A DNA stretch of 64,000 nucleotides from Nitrospinaceae bacterium (GTDB lineage Bacteria; Nitrospinota; Nitrospinia; Nitrospinales; Nitrospinaceae). Positions 8,829 through 18,173 of the stretch are shown here, piece by piece. The stretch lies in assembly GCA_965223665.1 (NCBI GenBank), contig OZ245011.1:3072001-3136000 (forward strand), given 5' to 3'. Below the pieces are notes generated by a model. It ran no database searches. It had not been told where the DNA came from and saw only the letters and a list, made by a program, of their open reading frames with translations. Positions within the stretch are counted from its first letter, which is position 1; every line of letters begins with the position of its first letter. The position numbers and the translations under genes are program-made.

Positions 8829-9866
8829 ATGGAATTTTTGAAAAACATTCAAAAAATGATGATGCGGCTTAAACCTGGTTTTGCTTCTTCATCAGTATTT
8901 GCCACTCCCAAACATGTTGCGGTGCGTCCCCGGTTTTTTGAAATTGCTCAAAGTGCCAATTTAAAACCTTTTGTATTATTATCTATTGCTGTCCATCTTA
9001 TTGTAATAATCCTGCATTTATATGTCCCCCTCGATTCTGAAAAAAAGGAGGCTTCTCCACCTATCAAAGTTAAATATGTTCCGCCTCCCAAAGAAGAAAA
9101 CAAACCATCGACATTAATTGATGCCCCTAAACCCAAAAAAATTGAGAAACCGAGGTCGACCGAGTTATTGTCAAGTTTTGATAGCCGAGCGCATTCCAAC
9201 CGAAAGCCGTCCAGTAAAAAAGTCTATAGAAATAAAAAAACTATTGTTCCTAAGGTAAGTGGAATGACTCCGATTCCAAGAAAGAAAATAGAGATTCCTC
9301 AGAAAAAATATTATCCACCTCCTAAAAAGAAAACTATTAAAAAAGAATTTAAGCAGGCTAAAACAGGATTTATTACTTCCCCTCCACAAAAGGAGATTCC
9401 CAAGAAAAAGCCAATAACTAAAACAGTTCCAGGTGGAACGATGTCATTCTTGGATGGCTTTGACCCAGAAAAATATGCATCTTTAGATACGAAATCTCCA
9501 GAGGACCTGTTTCAGGATGACGACCAACCGATTTCATTGGATACAAAAGAAGAAAAGTATGCGAGTTATTTTGCCCGCATTAAACACCAAATAGAACGGG
9601 TTTGGGTTTATCCGGATCAAGCAGCCCGAAAGGGAATCAGTGGAAAATTATCTTTAAAATTTCGTATTAGCAGAGATGGAAATCTATTGGAAGTAAGATT
9701 AGTTGATTCATCTGGTTCCAACCTATTAGATGATGCGGCAATTAATGCTGTCAAAGGGGCTTCTCCCTATTATCCATTCCCTGTGACAATCGAAAGAGAC
9801 GATCTTTCCATTCTCGCTACCTTTATCTACAGTCCTTCATATAAAGCCCAATACCAAGCGCGCTAA
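8829..9866 (+). CDS. TonB family energy transducer
   Basis: TM segment with SIAVH motif, Pro/Lys-rich linker, C-terminal WVYPDQAARKGISG...FRISRDG...SSGSNLLDDAA. Confidence 0.88.
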   Translation: MEFLKNIQKMMMRLKPGFASSSVFATPKHVAVRPRFFEIAQSANLKPFVLLSIAVHLIVIILHLYVPLDSEKKEASPPIKVKYVPPPKEENKPSTLIDAPKPKKIEKPRSTELLSSFDSRAHSNRKPSSKKVYRNKKTIVPKVSGMTPIPRKKIEIPQKKYYPPPKKKTIKKEFKQAKTGFITSPPQKEIPKKKPITKTVPGGTMSFLDGFDPEKYASLDTKSPEDLFQDDDQPISLDTKEEKYASYFARIKHQIERVWVYPDQAARKGISGKLSLKFRISRDGNLLEVRLVDSSGSNLLDDAAINAVKGASPYYPFPVTIERDDLSILATFIYSPSYKAQYQAR

Positions 9867-10260
9867 AAATCTTTTTACGGTTACAGATGCAGTTAATTGT
9901 ACAAATAAAATTTGGTTCTCATTTGCTTTTTAAGGATTGAAAAAGAAGGAAAAACGATTTTTTAGAATTCCTGCTTGGAAAGAGTTTACTTTTTTAGTTC
10001 GTGAAAATGATTTATTCTCCGTTAGAAGAGCCGAAAAAAGAAAAAAATTCGAACCAACTATTTGAAATCTTAAATGAATGTAACCAGGCACTCAATGATT
10101 CAACGACCTTTTGCGAGAAAGGTTGAAAGACTACAGGCCAGTGTTAAGACTGGTGCTTGCGCAACGTTTACCTGTTTTCAGCCAATAGCTGTTGTTAAGG
10201 TAGGCAGATAAATAAAAAAAAGTGTAGTATCCTATATTCCAAAATAATAGAATCCGGTGC

Positions 10261-11046
10261 ATGAAAGCTATTAACCCTATTTTGATTCTACAATTGCGTC
10301 CTGAAGATTCTATTGCCGACAGCGAATATGCTTGCTTTCTTAAATATGGTGGTTTACAGGTTGAGGATACACACAGAATACGCATTGAAAAGTGTGGAAT
10401 CCCTGACAATCTGAACATAGATGATCACTCCGCTATCATTGTTGGTGGGAGCCCGTTTGACATCAGCACCCCGGAGAATAAGAAATCCCGGATACAGAAA
10501 AAAATTGAAGCTGACTTTAACAGACTATTGGAACAAGTGGTAACGCGGGATATCCCTTTTCTTGGTGCTTGTTCCGGCAATGGTTTACTAGGAAAATATC
10601 TTGGTACCAGAGTCTCCAGGACTTACGGTGAACCTGTGAGCCTTACCACATTGAATATCACAGAAGAGGGAAAGCGGGACAAATTACTTGCGGATTTTCC
10701 TGAGCGAATAGACGTTCTTCTCGGTCATAAGGAAGCCGTTGATAGCACCCCCGACGGTGCAACCTTACTTATGACCGGGAGCGATTGTCCTGTACAGATG
10801 TTCCGTATTGGAAAAAACGTATATGCCACCCAGTTCCACCCGGAAGGGGATGCAGAGGAATTCATATTGCGAATCGATACCTATCGGAATCATGGCTATT
10901 TTGAACCTCATGAAGCAGATGAACTAAAAAGGAGTGTTTGTCAAAGACCCACATCTCATGCACAGGAAATACTGAGACGCTTTGTCGAAAACTATTATAC
11001 CCGCTGTAACCCGCAGTTACCCGGCTCTACCCAAACAAATTGCTGA
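10261..11046 (+). CDS. Class I glutamine amidotransferase (GMP-synthase-like, stand-alone)
   Basis: IIVGGSP, PFLGACSG nucleophile elbow, TQFHPE catalytic His-Glu. Confidence 0.88.
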   Translation: MKAINPILILQLRPEDSIADSEYACFLKYGGLQVEDTHRIRIEKCGIPDNLNIDDHSAIIVGGSPFDISTPENKKSRIQKKIEADFNRLLEQVVTRDIPFLGACSGNGLLGKYLGTRVSRTYGEPVSLTTLNITEEGKRDKLLADFPERIDVLLGHKEAVDSTPDGATLLMTGSDCPVQMFRIGKNVYATQFHPEGDAEEFILRIDTYRNHGYFEPHEADELKRSVCQRPTSHAQEILRRFVENYYTRCNPQLPGSTQTNC

Positions 11047-11085
11047 CATTTTGCCACCAAATGAAAGGCGAAATCCTGCATGGAG

Positions 11086-11169
11086 TGCCGAAGAGAGGAT
11101 TTGAACCTCCACGGGATCGCTCCCACATGAACCTGAATCATGCGTGTCTACCAATTCCACCACTTCGGC
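11086..11169 (-). tRNA. tRNA-Leu(CAG)
   Basis: GCCGAAGTGGTGGAATTGGTAGACACG-CATGA TTCAGGT TCATG-long variable arm-GGAGGTTCAAATCCTC-TCTTCGGCA. Confidence 0.95.
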
Positions 11170-11334
11170 ATATGGGGTCACGGGAATAGGCCGATAAAAT
11201 AGCATAACTCCTCAAAATTTTGGAAAATTTTTGATTTTTCCCACAATATCCCCTCTTTTTTTTGAAAAATCCTCAGAAGTTGCTAAATGAATCATGACCA
11301 AAAGTGTCAAAAATTTAATTAGTTAGCTAAAATC

Positions 11335-11373
11335 GTGACAAAACCGTGACAATTTTGTAACATATTCTTAACA
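11335..11373. promoter_or_regulatory. Four tandem 11-bp-period hexamers (PhoB/PhoP/OmpR-family-like operator)
   Basis: GTGACA(11335) GTGACA(11346) GTAACA(11357) TTAACA(11368). Confidence 0.55.
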
Positions 11374-11415
11374 TAAATATGCGATGTTAACGCTTCATAA
11401 ATAAGATTTTTACAA

Positions 11416-11598
11416 GTGAATATTGAGATGAATGAGAGACGTGAAAATTCGACCCCGAATTTAGGGTTTTCGGGTTCTGAAGCAAATCCACAGGAAGTAT
11501 GCCGTTTGATTTATGATCATTTGGTCATGAGAAAGCTATTGGAGTTGCAGCAGGCTGTAACCCGACTCAATGCTTTAATTCGGCAAATTGCTAGTTAG
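11416..11598 (+). CDS. Small hypothetical protein (C-terminal amphipathic/coiled helix)
   Basis: 60-aa ORF filling the gap downstream of the tandem operator; no family recognised. Confidence 0.4.
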   Translation: MNIEMNERRENSTPNLGFSGSEANPQEVCRLIYDHLVMRKLLELQQAVTRLNALIRQIAS

Positions 11599-11635
11599 AT
11601 CCTGCATGCGGATACAAGGCTGAGGTAAGGTAACC

Positions 11636-12661
11636 TTAGCTTTCTTCGCTTATGTCCACCAGTTTGCTTATAGAAAGGTGGTCATGGAACAAGAAATAAA
11701 TCCCACCAATAAAAATTACAGCGAAATTCAAAGTCCAGGCGACAAAACCAAAACTTACGGTTGCCACTTCCGCTTCCCCCATTATTTTATGCAAAGCGAT
11801 CAGGACTCCTGCATTGAATGATCCTAAAAATCCCGGGGTAGGTAAAACTGTAATTAAAATACAAACCATTACTGTGAGTAATACTAGAGATTCCGCTGAT
11901 TTGTCATTCAATTCATAAGCCCAATACAAAGGATAATACTGGAGAACAATGAGTCCCCAAACCAACACGGTTGCTAACATAATATAAACAAGCGTTTTTA
12001 TGCTTTTTACAATCACCAATCCTTGACTGAATGTTTCTGTAAGTTGTACCACTTTATACTGCCATTTCTCAGGGAATGGTTTGACGAACCAGTGAACCAA
12101 AACCAAAGCTTTTTCATGGTGGAAAGCCAATAAGTAAATAAAGGCCATCAGTCCTGCCACAATCATTAAACTAAAAACACCAAAATTGAATGCTAAGTCT
12201 TTTATCGAAACACCAGACCAGGAAATATTGCTATCAAAAATATGACCATAAAAAACCAATAGTCCGGCAAACATAAGCAGCAACATTATCAAATCAAATA
12301 ATCGCTCAACCACAATGGTGGCAAATGAACTGGCAAATGATAATCCTACGCGCTTTCCTAATAAATAGGCTCTGATAAACTCTCCGGCTCGAGCCGGAAG
12401 CACTCCTGCCATAAATCCCACCATTAGTGGAGAATATAACTCTGAAGTGCAGACTTCTTTTAAGGGATTGAGTAAGACTCGCCAGCGAATCGCCCGAACG
12501 ATATAAGTCAATGCCATTAAAATAAAGGTAAGAAATAAATAGGAATAATTGATATGTTCAAATGAATCGATCAACTGTTGGACCGACACATTTCGCATCG
12601 TATACCATATGGCTACGGCGGCCACAATTAGGCCAATAATAAGTTGTCCGGATTTTTTCAA
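11636..12661 (-). CDS. Lysylphosphatidylglycerol synthase TM / flippase-like (UPF0104) membrane protein
   Basis: RAIRWRVLL, LPARAGEFIRAY, VVERLFD, PTPGFLG; many TM helices. Confidence 0.85.
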   Translation of the reverse strand: MKKSGQLIIGLIVAAVAIWYTMRNVSVQQLIDSFEHINYSYLFLTFILMALTYIVRAIRWRVLLNPLKEVCTSELYSPLMVGFMAGVLPARAGEFIRAYLLGKRVGLSFASSFATIVVERLFDLIMLLLMFAGLLVFYGHIFDSNISWSGVSIKDLAFNFGVFSLMIVAGLMAFIYLLAFHHEKALVLVHWFVKPFPEKWQYKVVQLTETFSQGLVIVKSIKTLVYIMLATVLVWGLIVLQYYPLYWAYELNDKSAESLVLLTVMVCILITVLPTPGFLGSFNAGVLIALHKIMGEAEVATVSFGFVAWTLNFAVIFIGGIYFLFHDHLSISKLVDISEES

Positions 12662-13590
12662 TCTTGAAGGTTCGTTAAAATGGATTGCGCTAATTCAATA
12701 TCTTTTTTGATTTGTGCGACGAGGGCATCTGCAGATTCAAATTCAATTTCTCCACGAATCCGTTGAATAAATTGAATTTCAATATCCTCTCCATATATTG
12801 TCGCATGAAAATCGAAAATGTGAACCTCCACACTCAATCGATCTCTATTAAAAGTGGGATTAAATCCAATATTGACGACCCCAGAATATTTTTTATCATG
12901 GTGAATTGCCCGAACGGCATAAACGCCGGTACCAGGGATTTGTACCTTGCTGGTATCTAAATTGGCTGTGGGGAAGCCAATTCCGCGACCGGTTTTATAG
13001 CCGTGCACGACGGGGCCCTGTATAGAATAATAACGGCCAAGATATTCCTTAGCCTTTTCAACGTTACCATCTTCTATCAATTCTCTTAGATAAGAACTGC
13101 TCACTCGATGTCCATTAATGGATACTGGATCAATCACATGTACCAAAAAATCAAACTCTTTCCCAAATTTTTTTAAATAAGCAACAGTGCCTTCCCGTCC
13201 TCGACCAAATGCGTAATCGAATCCAACAACCACTTCTTTGACCCCGATCGCATCCACTAGAATATTTTTGGCAAATTCTCTAGGACGTTGGTCTGCAAAC
13301 TTTTCATCGAATTTTGCACAAATAACCTGGTCCACCCCGCATTTTTCAATCAATTTCATTTTTTGTTTAAATGAGGTCAATAGTGGAGGGACTTTTTCCG
13401 GGGCGATGATTTTCAATGGATGTGGTTCAAAGGTAAATATAATGCCGGTCCCCTTTTTATTTTGTGCAATTTCAGCTACTTTGCGAAAAATAATTTGGTG
13501 GCCCATATGCGCCCCATCGAAATTTCCTAATGCCACGACAGGATAAGGTATGGGAGAGGGAATTTGCTTGGTTCCTCGAATGATTTTCAT
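12658..13590 (-). CDS. ribF: Bifunctional riboflavin kinase/FAD synthetase
   Basis: ALGNFDGAHMGHQ, TFEPHP, VSSSYLR, GRGIGFPTAN, NIGFNPTF, VEVHIFDF. Confidence 0.96.
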   Translation of the reverse strand: MKIIRGTKQIPSPIPYPVVALGNFDGAHMGHQIIFRKVAEIAQNKKGTGIIFTFEPHPLKIIAPEKVPPLLTSFKQKMKLIEKCGVDQVICAKFDEKFADQRPREFAKNILVDAIGVKEVVVGFDYAFGRGREGTVAYLKKFGKEFDFLVHVIDPVSINGHRVSSSYLRELIEDGNVEKAKEYLGRYYSIQGPVVHGYKTGRGIGFPTANLDTSKVQIPGTGVYAVRAIHHDKKYSGVVNIGFNPTFNRDRLSVEVHIFDFHATIYGEDIEIQFIQRIRGEIEFESADALVAQIKKDIELAQSILTNLQD

Positions 13591-13797
13591 TGTTTAAGGT
13601 TTAAAAATTATTTGCTATTTTTCAATGATAAGGCCTAAATGACCCATCAAAAATAAAAACAAAGAATATCCGAGGATGAGTATTTATTCAATGGTAGAGA
13701 AACAATAAATTGGATAGTCCAAGAGGGGTCTTGCTCCAGGAATATTTGTTTGATATGATCCTAGCATAAACCATTTATCTTTTAGGAATTTAGACCC

Positions 13798-14085
13798 ATG
13801 TTTGATATCGGGTTTTTTGAAATCATGATTCTGATGGCCATTGCAGTAGTGGTCATAGGACCTTCCAACCTTCCTAAATTGGCCAAAGCAGTTGGTCGAG
13901 GCTGGGGGGAATTCCAAAATACTTTCAACGAATTAAAACAAGACGTTCTTGATGAAACTGAGGGAGTGAAACAAACTGTCAATTTGGATCAGTTAGAGCA
14001 GGAAGTATCTGCTGCTACCAAGGTGGATGTTGACGTAAACCTCGACCTCAATTCCGAACCGGATATTAAACCTAAAGAAGATTGA
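13798..14085 (+). CDS. tatB: Twin-arginine translocase subunit TatB/TatA family
   Basis: MFDIGFFEIMILMAIAVVVIGPSNLPKLAKAVG. Confidence 0.85.
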   Translation: MFDIGFFEIMILMAIAVVVIGPSNLPKLAKAVGRGWGEFQNTFNELKQDVLDETEGVKQTVNLDQLEQEVSAATKVDVDVNLDLNSEPDIKPKED

Positions 14086-14170
14086 TCCGTCTTTAAAGAT
14101 TCAAAAATTTCTTTTTTCTTCACTTTATCTTAATTTACATAATTTACCCTTTATTATTGGAGGAAACATA

Positions 14171-14809
14171 ATGCCTTCGAACTTTCTAATAAATAGAAAA
14201 ACTCTCGTCTTTTGCCTGATTGGTTTGCTCATTATTTTTTTAACAGGCTCTGCCCCAGCTGAAATGGCTAAGGAAGAAGGGTCTAAAATGGAAATGGATG
14301 CTCAAGGCCAGGCGATGATGGAGAAATGGAAACAATTTGCCACCCCAAATGAGAACCATAAAGTACTTAATGTTATAGTGGGCCAATGGGATCATGTGGT
14401 TAAGTGGTGGATGGATCCTACGGCACCCCCAGAAGTTTCTAAAGGAACCAGTGACATTCAATGGATTATGGGAGGACGTTATATTAAACACAGTGTAAAA
14501 GGAACATCCATGGGTCAACCCTTCGAGGGAATGAGTATTATTGGATTTGATAATGGAAAGAAAAAATATCAACTGCTTTGGATTGATAATATGGGCACAG
14601 GTTTCATGAATGGAGAGTCTACTTTTGATCCCGCAAAAAACGAATTTCACGAGACGGGACGCTTTACAGATCCAATGATGGGAGAAACCCAGTACAGGGC
14701 GGTTTTGAAACTAATTGATAAAGATCATTATTCTTACGAAATGTTTACCAAAAATATGAAGGGCAAGGAATATCGCCTTGGAGAGATTCAATATACCCGG
14801 AAGCAGTAA
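14171..14809 (+). CDS. Exported DUF1579-family protein
   Basis: Signal peptide, then MMEKW..FATPNENHKVL..IVGQW, MGGRY, MGQPFEG, WIDNMGTG. Confidence 0.82.
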   Translation: MPSNFLINRKTLVFCLIGLLIIFLTGSAPAEMAKEEGSKMEMDAQGQAMMEKWKQFATPNENHKVLNVIVGQWDHVVKWWMDPTAPPEVSKGTSDIQWIMGGRYIKHSVKGTSMGQPFEGMSIIGFDNGKKKYQLLWIDNMGTGFMNGESTFDPAKNEFHETGRFTDPMMGETQYRAVLKLIDKDHYSYEMFTKNMKGKEYRLGEIQYTRKQ

Positions 14810-14871
14810 TATATTTAGTGGGTACGGATTTTCTATTTCAGTAAACCAACCTCAATCTTGCCAGGGGTCTC

Positions 14872-15264
14872 ATGCTCAGTACCCCCACATTACATCCATT
14901 TCTTTCCCATTTTCCAACGGCGTTATTCGTTGCAGGAATGGTTTTATTATTTCTCGGGAAAAAACGTAATAATGCGAAACTTATTCAAGCGGCCTCCTTG
15001 AACCTTAGTATTGGTTTATTAATGGCTGTGTTGGCCGCACTGTCTGGGATGTTCGCCGCGGATATTGGTCTCTGGCCCACTCCAAAAATTGAAGGACACC
15101 AAGGATATTCATTTGCCTTTGTGGCTCTTTTTGTAGTTACCGTTGTGTATTCTTATACGAAAACATTTTCACAAATGGCATTAATCATTTATTTTTTTAA
15201 TTTCGTTTTAATGTGTGCTACGGCTTGGTCAGGTTATTTATTGGTGTTTCATTCCAAGGGTTGA
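14872..15264 (+). CDS. DUF2231-like membrane protein
   Basis: LHPFLSHFPTALF motif, four TM segments, internal His. Confidence 0.75.
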   Translation: MLSTPTLHPFLSHFPTALFVAGMVLLFLGKKRNNAKLIQAASLNLSIGLLMAVLAALSGMFAADIGLWPTPKIEGHQGYSFAFVALFVVTVVYSYTKTFSQMALIIYFFNFVLMCATAWSGYLLVFHSKG

Positions 15265-15677
15265 AGAGTGGCTACCCCAAACCTGTGCACCAATTCTCCA
15301 CCAAAATAACCGGTAACAAGAGAAGTGATCATTCCCACTAACAGGCAAATATGGTACAAAAAAAAAGCCCATTTTTTTTTCCGTAATCGAAATAACCAAA
15401 GAGAATTCGCAAATAAAAATACGGTTGATATTGCAAAAAGAATATGAAAACTTAAAAAATTTCGAAATTCATCTTTCACTTCTAAACTTAGCACTCCTAA
15501 AAACCCTACTCCCATTGCAACCAAGGCCCACAAAAATCCAAATCGTATATTAAACCGTCCTGCAATCTCAACGATTTCTTCTTTTCTCATTCTTCCATAT
15601 ATTTCTAATAATGTACCGCTTGTGAACAAAGCCACAGGAAAATGAACCAGCAAAGGATGTATTTTTGAAAAAATCAT
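15249..15677 (-). CDS. DUF2231-like membrane protein
   Basis: IHPLLVHFPVALF...TGYFGGELVHRFGV motifs. Confidence 0.82.
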   Translation of the reverse strand: MIFSKIHPLLVHFPVALFTSGTLLEIYGRMRKEEIVEIAGRFNIRFGFLWALVAMGVGFLGVLSLEVKDEFRNFLSFHILFAISTVFLFANSLWLFRLRKKKWAFFLYHICLLVGMITSLVTGYFGGELVHRFGVATLQPLE

Positions 15678-15698
15678 CGGATTTAACCTTGAAAATTT

Positions 15699-16493
15699 TT
15701 ATTGCGCAAATTTTGCCAAAACTACACCTGCAGAAACAGAAACGTTGAGTGATTCAATAGGTTCTTGTCCTGGTATTCGAACTAAATTGTTGCACCGGCT
15801 TTTGACTGCCGATGAAAGCCCCTTTTGTTCATTGCCGAAAACCAATACACAAGGACGTTTTACTTTAACGTTATGCAATGATTGTTTTGCTTTAGAATCC
15901 AATCCTAAAATAAACACACCTTTGTTTTTTAAATCCCTTAAGGTTGAAGACATACTTTTGCAATTATAAATAGAAACCCACTCTAAAGCTCCTTCAGCGG
16001 TTCGGGCTAAAGAAGAAGAAATTAGAGAGCGGTTGGTTCCTGTGGGTAGAATTAATCCCTCACATCCAAAAAATGCACAAGACCGAAGAATGGCACCAAT
16101 GTTATGAGAGTTATCCACCCCATCCAAAGCAACCATTAAACTATTTTTGCTTAGGCCATTACGAGTGAGACTGTGGGCGGATAAGATCTTTAGCGGTCTT
16201 GCAACTATAACAATTCCTTCATGGTGAACTCCCGCAGCAACTTTATTCAATGATTCCGTATCTAACTGGCGATAGGGAAGCCTATTTTGACGGCACCAAT
16301 TTAAGATTTCCGGTATTTGAGCCTTGCGATCCTTATTAAAAAAGACCCGCAAGATATCTTGCGGTCTTTTTATAAAAATCTGCTGGCAGGCGTTCCAACC
16401 ATAAACGGTAAATTCCGTTTCTTTAAGCGAGGTTCTCTTTTGGGTAACCTTGGGATGATTTTTTTTATTTAAATCAGATTTAGGTTTTTGCAA
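15699..16493 (-). CDS. TrmH/SpoU family RNA 2'-O-methyltransferase (RlmB-like)
   Basis: HHEGI, LDGVDNSHNIGAILRS, VFGNEQKGL, ESLNVSVSAG. Confidence 0.9.
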   Translation of the reverse strand: MQKPKSDLNKKNHPKVTQKRTSLKETEFTVYGWNACQQIFIKRPQDILRVFFNKDRKAQIPEILNWCRQNRLPYRQLDTESLNKVAAGVHHEGIVIVARPLKILSAHSLTRNGLSKNSLMVALDGVDNSHNIGAILRSCAFFGCEGLILPTGTNRSLISSSLARTAEGALEWVSIYNCKSMSSTLRDLKNKGVFILGLDSKAKQSLHNVKVKRPCVLVFGNEQKGLSSAVKSRCNNLVRIPGQEPIESLNVSVSAGVVLAKFAQ

Positions 16494-16546
16494 TCAACAA
16501 TAATCTCCATGGCTGGGTTAAGTTGGAGACATTGTATCAATTGGTA

Positions 16547-16993
16547 TTAACGAATAAAAGTTCCAAGTTTGCGATTAACTTCATCCAAACGATTGATTAA
16601 CAAATCAATAATTTGATCCTTTACTTTTGACATAACTCTAGGTTCAATTTCACAGGCAGAATTTTGATCTACTTTTAAAGCCACTACTTCTTCATCAGCA
16701 ACGATGCTGCTGGTACGGATTCGTTTTCCTTTTAAGGTCACCTCACCAAAAATGGCACCTGGAACCAATTGTGCAAGTGTGACTGTGGTGGGTTGGGTAC
16801 GCACTACGCTAATTTTACCTTGGAGTAGGACAAAAAAACCAAGGTCCACTTCTCCCTCGGATAATAAGTTTTCACCAATTTTATAATCTTTAAAACAATC
16901 AGGGTGATTCCATAAAACTTCACGATCGTTAGAATCCATATCCTGAAAAAATGGAATCTCGTCCATTAACTTAAAGACGGCATCTTTATTCAT
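16547..16993 (-). CDS. Cyclic nucleotide-binding domain protein
   Basis: IPFFQDM, EGE, PGAIFGEV...RTSSIVA. Confidence 0.85.
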   Translation of the reverse strand: MNKDAVFKLMDEIPFFQDMDSNDREVLWNHPDCFKDYKIGENLLSEGEVDLGFFVLLQGKISVVRTQPTTVTLAQLVPGAIFGEVTLKGKRIRTSSIVADEEVVALKVDQNSACEIEPRVMSKVKDQIIDLLINRLDEVNRKLGTFIR

Positions 16994-17095
16994 TAGTTTG
17001 TTCCTGGATAATTAATAATGTCTATTATTCCAATATAACGCATCTATTTTTCAACTCAACAAATAGAGTAAAAAATAATTATAAATTGGAAAAGT

Positions 17096-18163
17096 TTAAC
17101 CGTGTCCACCCATCATGAAGGCCTCGGATTCTTCAAACCGTGGTGAGGGTAAATGAGCCACGCTATCGAAAAATTGCTGGGAGCAACTTAAAACATCAGA
17201 AGTGGTAGGTAATTGAAACGTTTTTCTGCGGAATGCTGCAGCTCCTGGATAACCAAAAGCCATCCAAACCGCTAATTTTCGCAAACTTAGAAGAGTTCTT
17301 CGAGTGTCATATTGAGGAATTAACAATTCTAAATATCTTTGTAAAAGTTCCATGGGAGAAGGGTTTATAGAGGGGTTATTTTCTCCAAGGCATTGTTGGA
17401 AAATCCAGGGGTTTCGCAGTGCCCCTCTTCCTATCATTACGGCATCAACCTCAGTTTCTTGTAAAAGATCTCGAGCTCGCTGAGCATCCCTAATGTCTCC
17501 GTTTCCAATAATAGGTAGGGTGGTATTTTTTTTAACATCACGAATTAAATCCCAATCTGCCTGCCCGCTGTAAGCCTGTAATCGAGTTCTACCATGAATA
17601 GCCACCCATTCACATCCGGAATTTTTGGCCGCCTCCACACACTCGTGAATCGTTAATTCTGCATCGCTCCATCCAGTCCTCATTTTCACAGTTAAAGGAA
17701 GTTCGATATTATTTTTAATTTTTGTTAAGAACTTTTCTAGAAAGATGGGGTCTCTCATTAATGCAGCTCCACAACCCTTTTTTACAACCTTTTTGACAGG
17801 ACAACCGAGATTTATATCTAGGAAATCCGCACCATTTTCTTTGACAAGAGGTGCTACCTTAATAAAATCCTCAGCGAGTTCTCCAAATAATTGAATTCCC
17901 ACCAAGGTGCCTCGATTTGTATGGGTTCGAATCATTCTTTTTGTTTTTTCAGAATTAAACATTAAACCTTTCGCGGAAACAAGTTCGGAAATTAAAACTC
18001 CAGCACCCATTTCATCCATTAATTGTCTGAAACAAACATCCGTTATTCCAGACATGGGGGCCATCCAAAATCCATTTCGCATACGGTTTATCAAACCTTT
18101 TGGTCCATTAGGTTTTAGTGTATTGTTTCTTTTGAGATTGGGATTTAATTCTGAATCAGACAT
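17096..18163 (-). CDS. dusB: tRNA dihydrouridine synthase
   Basis: MAPMSGITD, QLFG, DINLGCPVKKV, GAALM, TVKMRTGW, IHGRTR, IGNGDI, VMIGRGA. Confidence 0.92.
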   Translation of the reverse strand: MSDSELNPNLKRNNTLKPNGPKGLINRMRNGFWMAPMSGITDVCFRQLMDEMGAGVLISELVSAKGLMFNSEKTKRMIRTHTNRGTLVGIQLFGELAEDFIKVAPLVKENGADFLDINLGCPVKKVVKKGCGAALMRDPIFLEKFLTKIKNNIELPLTVKMRTGWSDAELTIHECVEAAKNSGCEWVAIHGRTRLQAYSGQADWDLIRDVKKNTTLPIIGNGDIRDAQRARDLLQETEVDAVMIGRGALRNPWIFQQCLGENNPSINPSPMELLQRYLELLIPQYDTRRTLLSLRKLAVWMAFGYPGAAAFRRKTFQLPTTSDVLSCSQQFFDSVAHLPSPRFEESEAFMMGGHG

Positions 18164-18173
18164 ATTTTGAAAA

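Noticed and set aside
9937-10126. Two short plus-strand ORFs (about 40 aa each) upstream of the amidotransferase
   Set aside because: No properly spaced SD and no recognisable motif; expected by chance.
11017-11205. 62-aa minus-strand ORF
   Set aside because: Runs through tRNA-Leu(CAG).
15489-15515. TTAGCACTC half of a CIRCE element
   Set aside because: No second GAGTGCTAA half-site, and it lies inside a CDS.
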